Positions 1-13,107 of a DNA stretch of 64,000 bases are shown one piece after another (positions within the stretch are counted from its first letter, which is position 1; every line of letters begins with the position of its first letter). The DNA is from Octopus sinensis (lineage: Eukaryota), in assembly GCF_006345805.1 (NCBI RefSeq), contig NC_043012.1, positions 24,552,001 to 24,616,000 on the forward strand. The letters run 5' to 3'. The position numbers were made by a program, and so were the translations under genes. The notes below the pieces were generated by a model. That model saw nothing but the letters and a program-made list of their open reading frames with translations. It was not told where the DNA came from and ran no database searches.

Positions 1-1346
1 TATAACATTGGAACCTTGAAACTGATACAGCCAGTCATTGGTAGCCAATATTTATAATCTAAAGGTTCGTAACATTTGAACTAGTGTCGATCGATTTTAT
101 CATTGGATAATATTTGAACTGTCATGTATTGATGTACCTAGAAATGATAATAATAATAATATTTGAATTACCATGTATCGATCTATTGGTTACAAATATT
201 TTAAAGTGATAGATTATTGATATGTTAAACTATGTTTAAATTACCAGCAGCCAAGGTTGGATTGGATTTTGTATTGATTTTATTGGTTATTGATAGGTTT
301 GTGTATTATCAGTTGATAGGCTATTTATAGTTAGTATTGATTATCGATTTATTAGTTATTGATAGTTGGAACTGTGTATTGATTTATTGGTCATTCCTCT
401 ATGACACTCCGTATTGATTCCATTTACCATGTAGCTTTACGTATTTTGTATTAACAATAATACCCACCAATCCAAGATTTTTTGTTTCTTTTTGTTGTTG
501 TTTTTTTTTTAATATCTAGAATTATTAATATCTTTCTCCTTTGACCTGTTTTCCTTATGATTCCCATAAAAATATATTAAAAAAGAAAAGTAAACTCTGT
601 AGCCGTATGTAATAAGGCTTGTAAATTATTGCTTCAAGTCTGCGAACAAGCTGCTGGGATAACGAAGAAGGAAATCAAATATCCATCCCTATTAAGAGAT
701 TGCTTTGGTTGTTGGTGTTAACTGCTTTGTGGCAGATCTGTACTTTCCACTGTCACCCCGTTGCCATGTTCCCAAGGAGAATGCTTTCGTTGTATTAACG
801 TCATCTATTTCTAGAGTCATATTCGAACTGGTTGATACTACTCCCACTGCATTCAAAGAATTTAATAACCTGCTCACATGTTTAGATTTAGGTAAACAGG
901 TGTTTTGGAGTTTCTATAACACATGGATTTTCTTTTTAGTACAAACCTAGACACACACACACACACACACTATGGGCTTGTGACCTTACATATTAACCAC
1001 ATGGCATAAATATATCACAGTTTGTAAGAAAGTACTAAATATTTGTAAAGAATTATTTCTGGTATTAATGTCATTTTCAGTTGTCTTTTCCTTGTTTTTC
1101 GTTAATGCTTTTTGTAATAATTACTCATTTTCTCTTCGCACTGCAATTAGATATATTAATTACTGTAATTATTATACATGTTGCTATGTGGTTAAATAAA
1201 AGTGAATCTGACATAAAAGGAGATCAAATTTAAAATTGCATTCAAATCAAAGTTTCTTGTTTTGTTTTTTGGTTTTTTTCTCTTTTTTTTTTCCTACTTT
1301 CCTTCCAAACTATTAAACTTTATTAATGTAACCTATTTTCTTCAAG

Positions 1347-1375
1347 AGTCTGCTCCAATTTGGTGGAGTGTGCAG
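1347..1375 (+). CDS. Candidate 29-nt exon (phase 2->1: VCSNLVECA), possible alternative to exon 5777-5805
   Basis: Long U-rich tract, then acctattttcttcaag|AGTC...TGCAG|gtggag. Same length and phase as 5777-5805. The AAG acceptor and GTGGAG donor are both suboptimal. Confidence 0.25.
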
Positions 1376-1736
1376 GTGGAGTAGGGGAAGAAATAAAAAA
1401 AAAAATTACTATTAGATTTTATTTCCTTACTCAAAGTTGTTTCATTGAAATCTGTTAACTTTGTTAAACTGATAAATCTGACGATTAAACTGTTAATTTA
1501 TGGCAAGAATCTGTGCAAAGTCACTTGTTTATTGTTTTTAATTATCTATTTCCATCAGTGCTCACATCATAAATCTGTTTAGCATGCATTTTCTTTATTA
1601 GTTTAAAATTAATTCTTACCATTAAAGTAAATTAAGGAAGAAGGTATTTTTCTATGTTAGAACCATTATTCTTGTAAATGGAAATGATTCTTCAAGTGCT
1701 TCTTCACTAAATAAACACATTTCTTCTAATGATACC

Positions 1737-1810
<74 letters not shown>

Positions 1811-3235
1811 ATATGTATGTATGTATATATAAGTGTGCACACATAGTCACACATGCATGTACTTGCATACAGATAGTTATTCTTAGCTGATTCGGTTACA
1901 AGATCTAAACTCTTCTGCAGATATAACAATATATGATATATTCAACATGTATCATGTAGAACCACATGCAATAAATTTGGGTTTCTGGTTTCAAAGAATT
2001 CTTTTAGAAGTTCTTTGGTTAATGATTCCTTTTTTTTTTTTTGCTGTTTGTTCTCTTATGAGCATATTTTAATGAGATGAAATAGAGAACTTCTTAATAC
2101 TTGTTATCTAACATTGGACGAGTGGTGTAAAGAAAGCTATGAAAAGAAGACAGGAGTGAAATAATTGGTTCAAGAAGGAAATATGAATTCAATCTAGTCT
2201 TAGTCTAAGGATATTCTTCTATGTCAGTAGAATTCAACAAAAATTCAAGTATGGAATAAATGTTGTTTTACCATGAGGTTTACCATGAGGTGTTCTTCTA
2301 TTTGACATCATCACCGTCATCATCTCTTTTATCCGTGCTGACATGGGTTGGAGAGTTCGACATGAAATGAAGAGCCAGAGTGCTGTGCCAAGCTTCAGTG
2401 TCTGCTTTGGTATAGTTTCTAAAGGTGGATGTCCTTCCTAACCACTCTGTGTACTGCTTGCTTTTTTTTCATGGCATCAGCACAGGTGAGGTCACCAAAT
2501 ACTTGCAAGACAAGATGACACCCCCCACCCCCCACCTCAACTGAGTCGGTGTATAACATTAAGTGATAGTGAAAATCTGAAAGAGAGACGGGAGCAGGTG
2601 TCTTGCTGAAGAAGAGGTGAATACATGGCTTGACCATCTGGAAAGAGGAAGATGTAAGGTTACATATTTCTTTCCTTTTTTTTTGTCTCTCAAACCTTGT
2701 GTATTTTGGACTTCTTTTTCCAAAGCAGCCTTCAATTATCGACAATAAATTTGAGAAAAAATTTGGATACTTTTTCTAGAAGGATGAGCAACCACATAGA
2801 AATCCTGATGGTGGCATATGAGGATAAGAAATATATTTAATATTACATAGGGATATCATTTGAGTAAAGAATCTTCTCTGAATACTTGGCATCCACATTC
2901 TTGGTGGTTTTTCTTCTTTATTGCATAGATTTCTTATCCCTTTGAACTGAAAAATTGAAGGGGCTTCTTAGATTTAGATGGAATATTGTTCTAGCATTCA
3001 TTTACTGGTTTCAGCCTTTTGGTCGCGGGGCCATGTAATGGTATCAGCTTTTAGTTCTTTGTGTTTTATAAATATAAGGTCCTAATTCGCACATTCATAT
3101 AACTGTTATAATTCTTTTGATCTATCAGTTGTCCGTAAACCCCCCTCCACCACCACCGCCACCATTCTTAGTGGCAGATTATCTCCTGCTGAAAAATATT
3201 CTAGAATGACACAACTTCCTTCACACATTGGTTTC

Positions 3236-3280
<45 letters not shown>

Positions 3281-3457
3281 ACTTACAATACTACCACCAT
3301 TGGTTTTGTGGGTAAACATCTCAATTATCAAGCATTCCAATTAAAACTGTTGCCAATCCATTTTCTTCTCCATTCTGGATCAGCTGTGGTGGTAGCATTG
3401 TAAGTCTGCGAATCAAGAATGTTTACCCACCAGATGTAGTGTTGAGCACTCATTCTC

Positions 3458-3491
<34 letters not shown>

Positions 3492-3589
3492 GAGAGAGAG
3501 AGCTGGAGAGAGAGACAGAGAAGATTACTGAATCTAAAAAGATTTCAATACTTATTTGCCAGTTAGTATTTTGTTCAATGTACATGGTT

Positions 3590-3630
<41 letters not shown>

Positions 3631-4166
3631 CATATCATATCATGGGTGCATTTGTATATATATATATTTGCATACACAAATATGTATGGTAGTGCATGCA
3701 TGCACCAACATGGTGTAAGTGTGTGTGTGTGTGTTTCTGTCTCTGTGTATGTAAAAACAAGACAAAAATTTAAAAAAAAAAAAAAAAAACCCAAAGACGC
3801 CACTTAGTGCTTTTCTCTCAAACTGCTATTCTTTACATTCTATATCTGATTTATCAACTCTATGCCAATCTATTATTTCACTGTCTCTTTACACCATTTA
3901 GCAATTACAGAGCCAGCCAGACCAGTAGCAAATGCTGCTGTTTTATATTATTTCTGATAGATTTTCTTTCTAATTCTTTTTATTTCTTGCTTTCCATTTC
4001 TCTTATATACATTTTCTTTCCTTCCTTTTTATATATTTTTCATGCTCTAAAATCTTTCTTTATTCTTTATTTTTTATTTATTTATTTAGTTTATATTTTT
4101 TTACCTGCAGCTTTTGTTTTTATTAAGAGAATATATTTTTTTCATATCCTGGCAAGAATCCAGCAC

Positions 4167-4440
<274 letters not shown>

Positions 4441-5024
4441 GTATGTTGTGGAGTGTGTAGGCATGTGTGTGTGTCTTCATATACACCCACATACAAACAC
4501 AAAATTATATACATATAGATACAATTAGATACACACGCATATATGCATTCACACACACACACGCACACACACAAGCGTTGTTATTCTTATCACCACTACC
4601 ATCACCGCCGCCACATCTTATTATTTGCTTCTTGACAAATCAGTTGGAACCATTATGACTGTTAAAATTCTATTTATTTATAATTAGAAAAAAACAAAAA
4701 CAACAACAATAATACTAATGATGATGTTGATGATGATGAGGATGATAAAGGTAAAAAAAAAAGAAGAAAAATGAGAGATGTTGGAAAAAGGGAAAAGAAA
4801 CAGCATGGCAGTAAGTACGTACCTGTGTTGCCAGCATTAAAGAACAACAACGATGTTGTTGTTGTTGTTGCTGCTGCTGATGATGATGATGGTGATGATA
4901 GCATCTCAGTGGGTGGGAGGGTTAGGGGTTGTTCATCTCTCTGAATTGAGTTCACCTCTTATGTTTCTTTGTATATGGCTGTATGTGCGCAGGCGACATA
5001 TGCCCACATACAGTTATATCTTTT

Positions 5025-5091
<67 letters not shown>

Positions 5092-5117
5092 GTGGGCATG
5101 TGTATATGTGTGTGTGA

Positions 5118-5154
<37 letters not shown>

Positions 5155-5332
5155 GGTTTGCAACATGTGGAATGTACCTGACCCAAACTATATCAGAACC
5201 AAACTGAAATTGGTTTCCCTTTTTTTTTTTTTTTTACTCTATTGAGTAAACCAAATAATAGAATATTCTCTCTCTCTCTCTCTCAATCTATTTTACTTAT
5301 TCTTTGTTGAATTTTACACATACATAAGAATA

Positions 5333-5369
<37 letters not shown>

Positions 5370-5776
5370 CATCTGTATTATTCTTCACATTTTTCTCTCC
5401 TAACTTAATCAATCTATACAATACAGTAATATATCACATTCTTATGTTTTGTTCTCCACTTTTCCTTTTTTCTTTTTGTTTCTTTTGTAATATTACTTTC
5501 TCAATTTTCACCTTTTCTTTTCATCACACACACACACGTGTGTGTGTGTGTGTGTGTGTGAACTTTTCACATTTTTATTTTGTTTATCATTTTCTTTTTT
5601 TATTTATGCCTATTGTTATTTTTATTTTAATTTATGTTTATTTTAATTTTATTTTCAAATTATGTTATTCTGTTTTTGTTTTTTTTTTTTTTGTCTTTTT
5701 ATTCTTTTAATTTAATTTTTGTATACTTTCGTTTATCCTGTGCTGAATCATATAAATCTGTCCTCCATTTTTTCAG

Positions 5777-5805
5777 TTGGAACTTGTTGGTTGAGCCATG
5801 TGTTG
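5777..5805 (+). CDS. Candidate 29-nt coding exon of an unidentified large-intron gene (WNLLVEPCV)
   Basis: Acceptor ctccatttttttcag and donor TTG|gtgagt. Open frame is phase-compatible with 13067-13107. Confidence 0.5.
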
Positions 5806-6034
5806 GTGAGTTGAGCTGCCTGGAATCTGCTACTACTACTATTATTATTATTATTATTATTATTATTATGATCATTATTGATAATGATGATGATGATGAT
5901 GATAACAACAATAATAATAATAATAATGTATAACCAGGCCATACCAAGTTCAGGTATAACTTTTGTTATGCTTCCTGAATAACTCCTGTTATTGCTAACC
6001 ATCTGCATGGTAACAAACTGACTTCCAGTTCCCT

Positions 6035-6085
<51 letters not shown>

Positions 6086-6451
6086 CATTACTAATGCATT
6101 CATTTAACAATTCTTCTTATGTTTATTTGTCTTGCAATGAATGAATAGCTCAACCCCTCCCCTGCAAAAAAAGAAAATACAGGGGGTAGTAAAGAAACTG
6201 CCTCGCTCCCTCTTCTACAATAAATTGCAAAGAAGCCCTCTTTGTAGTAGTAGTCTGTATTTTGGATGAGTAGATATTTCAGTTTTGTGTAACACAGATA
6301 ACGGAAGATGTTTGTTTTCAATTTATAGATAAACTCATTATGATTAGTAAATCCTTAATTGGAAACGTAGCCAATCAAACATTGGAAGACTGTTCCACAT
6401 GACTGATTAATTTGTACAAATTTAATTAATTTGAGATTATATTCTTGTGTT

Positions 6452-6840
6452 CTTTTACTTGTTTCGGTCATTTGACTGTAGCCATGCTGGAGCACCGCCT
6501 TTTAGCTGAAGAAATCGATCCCGGGACTTATTCATTGTAAGCCCGGTGCTTATTCTATCAGCCTCTTTGCCGAACTGCTAAGTTACGGGGACATAAACAC
6601 ATCAACGTCGGTTGTCAAGTGATAGTGGGTGGTGGACAAACACACACACATAAATGTATACATATATATATTATATACGATGGGCTTCTTTCAGTTTCTA
6701 TCTACCAGATCCACCCACAAAGCTCTGGTCAGCCCAAGGCAGTAGTAGAAGACACTTGCTCAAGGTGTCACACAGTGGGACTGAACCCAGAACCATGTGA
6801 TTGAGAAGCAAGTTTCGTACCACATAGCCATGCCTGTGCC
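6452..6840 (-). mobile_element. tRNA-derived CORE-type SINE (Octopus OR-like composite with internal microsatellite)
   Basis: Minus-strand head ggcacaggcatggctatgtgg, box-B-like ggttcagtccc and CORE-like ttgagcaagtgtcttc. Matches the copy at 41645-42057. Confidence 0.85.
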
Positions 6841-7233
6841 TTTTAATGAGCTTTTAATGAAAATAAATTTTCAATTATCAATTAAAATATAGACTGAATA
6901 CTTTTAATATCTTAAATATATATTTTTTTATATATTTGCATTGTTGAAAACTGTGCCTTAGCATTTGCCAATGCCATACATCTCATAATTTCCTGTAGAT
7001 ATTAACTATAATTATAGTTTGGCCACTTAAAAATGGAATTTTTTTTCTCTCTCTTGAAATTTGACAATTCAGTGCTGTTGAGAAGCAATGAAAGCCTTAA
7101 TTAACTAAATCCTTAATATTAATGGAATTTGTAAAGTGAAATTATAGAATTGTTCTTTAGTTCCTTACTTGAATATTCTTTCTTGCTTTAGAAAACCATA
7201 TAAATAAACAGAAAATTACACACACACACACTA

Positions 7234-7280
<47 letters not shown>

Positions 7281-10065
7281 AACACACACACATGCACTTT
7301 TCACATGCTTGTCTTCACATACTTAAGTTTTCTATTTAAAAACAAAATTTTAATATTAATTTAATTTGCTTTCATTTTTTTGTTTGAAGCCAAAACTCTT
7401 GTAAACATTAAACAATTTGCAGCTTGCTGTAAATGTCATCCAAATTGATTAATCCTTGCTAATTCCGCTCTACCATTTATGCAGATGAATGCTTATTTGC
7501 TAAAGAGCTATTACTTTGCCTAAATAGCTACTATGTCTCAATCAATGCCAGATATATTAATTACCAATAAATCCTGTGCTTTAACTAATTCCAATAAAAT
7601 TTTCTTTGACTAAACCTAAGTTGGAAGATGCACATTCTACTAATTTGCTTTTAGTCTCTATTAATGATGATGATGATGATGACTTTCATACATTCTTACA
7701 TAACTGTTTGTTTTTGCATAAATAAAACAACACCAGTCAAATTTCTCTGCTGTATAAAACTTCGTTAATTGAACTTCTCAATTTGGTCATCTTCGTCATT
7801 TAATGTCCACTTTTCCATTCTTACATGGGCCTGATGGAATTTGTCCAGCTGGACACTCTTCCTGCCACCAATTCTTGCCATTTTTCAAACAAGGTTAATA
7901 CTTCCCATGGCCAAACATATTTTTTCACAGAAGGCTGGAAACGAACAGCATCACTCGTATGACGACGATGATGCTTGTTTGCTACCTCATACATGCATTG
8001 CGTGCACACACACACACACACACACACACACGTACTGCCCAAAATAAGAAAAACACAAAGATGAGCTGATAGAACAACAGACAGGATGTATTCTCATGTT
8101 TATGTTCAGGAAAAATGAAAGAAGTCTTAAATATTTCTAGCTTACGCTCTTCCAAGTAAACGATAGACGAGGAGAGAAAGAAATGACTGGAAGAGCAAAA
8201 AGCTGAGTTGCTGTGTGGATGGCAAGGGAGAAGATGGTGGTGTAGGTGGAGAAGGAATGACTTATGATCAGGGATGCTGGTGGAATGAGTATATTTGTGT
8301 ATAATACATATAAAGAACACACATATGCTAAACTTGGAACCACCCCTTGGTTGGGTTTATGGTTTATATTGGATTGAATACCTATGTATATGTGTATCCA
8401 GCTATGTGTATACATACTTATATATCTAGATACATGTGTGTATATGTATATATATACACATAGTATACTAGCAACAAATGGCAATTTTGAGATACTTCAG
8501 CTTACTGTAAGCTCAATACTACATGCCCAGCCAATCCTGATGCCCTACATTTTGATATACCTAGATTTTAATGAATCTTTCAACTGATCTATGTATGTAT
8601 GAATGATGCACTTGATTCAGTTTCCTGCAACCAAATCTGCTTACAGGGCTTTGGTTGGCCCAGGGTTGCAGTAGAAGGCACTTTTCTCAAAGTACAGAAC
8701 AACTCAACCTCGAGATGCCATTGAACATTTAAAACCTATTTTTGAAATCCTCATGTCAATGAAACTCTTCCATGCATTAAACCCCAGATTGGTGTGAAAC
8801 CTTTAACTAGATAAGGCTTTGGATTTATAGAAGGGAGAAATTGTGGCACACATTGGTTTGCAAAATAGTTTCAAATAGGAATTGAAATCATGTCAAAAGT
8901 TTATCTTTTGCTTTCGTTTCTCTGCCGTTCATCATTCTGTCAGTCTATGCTCCATTCGTCAGTGTTCAATAGAGAGAACGGTTTATTAAAGCAGACTGTA
9001 CAATCTACATTCGATAACCAACTATTTGGTTGGCTGATCAAGATGTTTGTTTACATAAAAATCTAATAATGCACTTGGTACATATGTACATTAAAATCAT
9101 TGTTCTTGGGAAAATTTCCATTACAAAGCAGATTGTAACATTAGAGTTAATTGGACTGTAATGTTATTGCTAGAGAGATAGCTCGATTGAGCAATAGTTC
9201 CCTAGGAATTGTGAGTACAACATTTTGGCCATTGTCCTTCATTGGATACTAGAAGACAATCCAGGGAGAGACAACGAAAAGAGGAGAGGAAAGAAGATAA
9301 GAGAAGAGAGAAGAGAACCAGGGAAAAAAAAATACACATGTATAAAGTGGCGAATTTATTTAGGCTTATAATAAAAGAAATATTATTTGGGATGTCATTT
9401 CAGAATTACATTAAAAAAAAAAACAACAAAAAAACATAAATGTAACAAACCGAACAGAAGAGAGGACAAAATTAGAGCAGAGAAATTAAAGATCGTTAAG
9501 TACTCAGGCCATAATTGTTTTGACTTTTATAGTTTAAAAATGGTGCAAAAACCCCCAAAATATCATTTTATATAACTTGTTTATTTATTTATTTGTAATT
9601 TACTTCATGCACTCCAATTATTTTAAAGAAATATATAGAACAAATGATAGTTTTTTTATAGATTTTTTGCATGCGGCATCGGTTAGTAATATTATACAGG
9701 TTCCATGGGAAAAAGGCAAAGGATTCTTTGTAATATACTCTATAAAAATAAAAAATAAAAGAATATTAGAAAAAAAAAATGATAAATTTGTGTTTCTTTT
9801 AAGCCAAAGGCATGCTCTGAGCTGATAGATTTTTGCCATAATCCCTTTGAACCGTGTTCTGCTAGCAAAGCTATCTTTTGTTTGGCCACTGAGAATACTT
9901 TCTTTACCATTAATTTCTCCCTCTCCACTCTCCTACTTTCTCCTTATTCTTCCAAGATTGCCAATGTTTCACTACCTACCTATCTTTCTATCTATTTGCA
10001 TGGCGCTGAATATAATATTGTTCAGTTTTCTTTATTGGTGAGTGAATTCATTTATGATTATATAC

Positions 10066-10250
10066 ATGGCTGTGTGGTTAGGGAGTTCACTTTCCAATTA
10101 CATGTCTTCAGGTTCGATCCTGACATGCAACACCTTGAACAAAGTGCTTTTTTTTTTTTTTTTTTTTGCCATAGCCTCAGCTTAGCCAAATGATTGCAAG
10201 GGAAATCTGGGAGAGAATCTGTGTTGAAAACTCATTGGATGTCTCTGTTC
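10066..10250 (+). mobile_element. Degenerate CORE-type SINE 5' part
   Basis: atggctgtgtggttagg...ggttcgatcc...ttgaacaaagtgc. Similar fragments lie near 8590-8715(-), 40200-40350(-), 52320-52600(-) and 61000-61160(+). Confidence 0.6.
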
Positions 10251-10399
10251 AAGTGTGTATGTTGTGTGTGTTTGTGTTGTGTGTGTATGTGTGTGTTGTG
10301 TGCATGTTTGTGTTTCCTTATCTTTATATCCCATGATAGTTGTAACTGATTGTCACTCATACAAGCAGTATCATTCATCTCCAATCTCCCATGAAACTA

Positions 10400-10540
10400 T
10401 CTAAGGTTTTAGTTGCCAATTTTGTACAAGACATTGTAGATCTTTAGCTGGGCTAAAAAGTCATATTCGATCACAGCACCAGTAACAGTTAAGCTTCGTG
10501 CAATGGCCATGCTCGATAACGAGGGGGCAGCCATAATGTA
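10400..10540 (+). mobile_element. LINE 3' end with C-terminal zinc-knuckle remnant
   Basis: One frame reads CQFCTRHCRSLAGLKSHIRSQHQ*, followed by ggccatgctcgataacgagggggcagccat. This resembles RTE-like LINE termini. Confidence 0.55.
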
Positions 10541-10935
10541 TGCATAATTACACAGGTGAGTGAATAAATGAAAGAAAAAGGCAGTCAGTACGTTCAATAG
10601 AAGTTAAATATATTATTATTTACAGTTTGATTTCACTTCATGCAACTTAAAGTTTTGCAGGCTTCTTACAAAAACTTATCTCATTGGGGTCAGTTAAATA
10701 TTTTGGCTAACTGAACCCAATGAACTGAGTTTCTGTAAGAAGCCTATAAGTTCCATGGGGCCTAATCAAACTGGTTTAGATAATAATGATGATAATAATA
10801 ATAATGTGTGTGTGTGAGGATTCACTTTGCCAAAAGATTTGCAAAGCACCAGCAGACCTCAAGAGACGCATTCATGCCCATAGAACATGACTACGGCTTT
10901 TGCCATTCATGACATAAGAATCCATCATATATATA

Positions 10936-10974
<39 letters not shown>

Positions 10975-11286
10975 CACACACACATATATATACATATATA
11001 CACACACATATGTGCACATGCATGCCAGCATGGGACATGAATATTATGCATATGAAGACGTTTATGAGCAATAAAGGCATTTTGGTAGACATTAACATGA
11101 TAGGCAGAATGGCAAGCAATATTTGTTCTGACTCTTTTACATTCTGAGTTCAAGTCCCATCAAGGTCCTTTTTTTTTAAAAAATAAGGTTGTGCCCCAGC
11201 ATGGCCACTGTTCTATGACTGAAACAAGCAAAAGAGTAATATGATACATACATATACACACAAATAAAATGTACATCATATATATT

Positions 11287-11322
<36 letters not shown>

Positions 11323-11722
11323 AAAATATATATACATATATATACATATATATATGTGATTTACATTTTATTTGTGTGTATATATCTCTCTCGCTCTCTC
11401 TCTAAGTCAAAATCATTATCTTGATGTGTTTTTGGTGTGATACACAAGTGGTGGGGAAAAAATATTTCTAACAAATTTCTTAGTATAGCGCACGCGTGCG
11501 CATGCGCGCATGCACACACACACACGCACACACACACACGCACACACACACAGACACACACAAAATCTGATATCTCATGTGTTTAAAAAAAACTGTTATA
11601 TTTTTTGTTTTCATAATTTTTTGCTGTTTCTTTTTTTTCTCATTTTTTTTTTGTGATGAAGATGACAAGAATTTTTACTCTCAGTTATAGCCAGTGTTTT
11701 TTTCTTTTTTAGTTGTGTGTGT

Positions 11723-11763
<41 letters not shown>

Positions 11764-11768
11764 CTCAC

Positions 11769-11832
11769 CTGATATCTAAAGTATCAGCCGAATTATCTCC
11801 ATAATCAACAATCTTGTTGTAGCATGGCCGAT
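11769..11832 (-). CDS. Candidate 64-nt antisense-strand exon (D-RPCYNKIVDYGDNSADTLDI)
   Basis: Minus strand gctgttattcag|ATCGG...ATCAG|gtgaga. Only one of three frames is open, and it has a coding-like codon pattern (G1/T3-rich). Confidence 0.4.
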
Positions 11833-11921
11833 CTGAATAACAGCTTGTCTTTATGTTTTTGCGACCAAATCTTCAGAAACTCTACTTACTGACTCCACTC
11901 GATTGCCTCTCTCTCTCTCTT

Positions 11922-11971
<50 letters not shown>

Positions 11972-12467
11972 ACTCACTCAGTATAAGCATGACTTTTTTT
12001 CCTTGCTTATATATTTATTTCTTGGGAAAGATCAGAAGCTGATTCCAGTTTTACCATTCCATGATGCATTAAGCCTCCCCCCACCTCCTTCCCTCTCCAC
12101 CAGCCACAAAAGGAAAGAAACAACAAGTTTTGCATTGTGCATTACAGTAAGAGCATGTTTGCATTTCCTATTGCAACGTCTTCAATCTTACCATTATGTT
12201 TTATTAAAAGAGTGATAAAATTATTTGAAATGTTATTTTAAAGCTATCACATATTTTGTTTCTAATTATACATATATATATACACTTGTACACACACACA
12301 TACACATTTATTTTGGGACTTTGTGTTTTCTTTTGCAATTTATACTTTTATTTTATAATTAATTTTTCATTTTATTTTCATTTCTCACTTAAAAAGCTTA
12401 CATTTTACTCATGTTTATTTTCATTTTGTTTTTGCATTTTAGTTTACTATTTATTTGCATATACATG

Positions 12468-12502
<35 letters not shown>

Positions 12503-13066
12503 ATATCTATCTATGTATCTGTGTGTGTGTGTGTGCGCGCACATGCTTTTGGTTAATTTGAATTTTTTTCTGCTCATTGTAGAGTTCAAAATATTTTTGT
12601 TACCATTATCATTATTATTTAATTTTGTGTGTGTGCGTGTGTGTGTGTTTGCAATATAAAATTTGAATTGAAATTCACCATAATTGCAGCCTTTGTGGAA
12701 CACAGCTGAAGATGCAGTTTTTGATTAGCTCAAGCTCAACAAAGAATTATTTTTCAGAAAGAAACAAAAAAAAAAAAAAAAGGACAAAGGAAAACTATTT
12801 TAATTCTGATATCAGCAAGAGAAGTGGCCACTTTTTGAACAGGCAAATTTTAGACATCACAAAGCAAGATTTTACTACAAGTGTTTTTGATGTGTGGCCG
12901 GGTTCTCTTTCTACGTGCATGCATCTGTATGTGTGTGCATGCATGCATCCATATACATGCATTAACATAGCCAGTGAGAAAAGGTGAAAAAAAAAAAAGC
13001 CCCACCAAAAAAAAAAAAATTCAGTGGGAAGTTGAGTTTTTTTGTTGTTGTTTTTTTAATTCCCAG

Positions 13067-13107
13067 GTTGTTTTGCTCCTTACTATGTTGACCCTGATCA
13101 AGATAAT
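13067..13107 (+). CDS. Candidate 41-nt coding exon (GCFAPYYVDPDQDN)
   Basis: Acceptor ttgtttttttaattcccag and donor AAT|gtaagc. This frame has G-rich first and T-rich third codon positions, as expected for coding DNA in an AT-rich genome. Confidence 0.55.

Noticed and set aside
692-950. Overlapping ORFs on both strands as a possible terminal exon
   Set aside because: No recognisable product. The splice sites are mediocre and several incompatible readings fit equally well.
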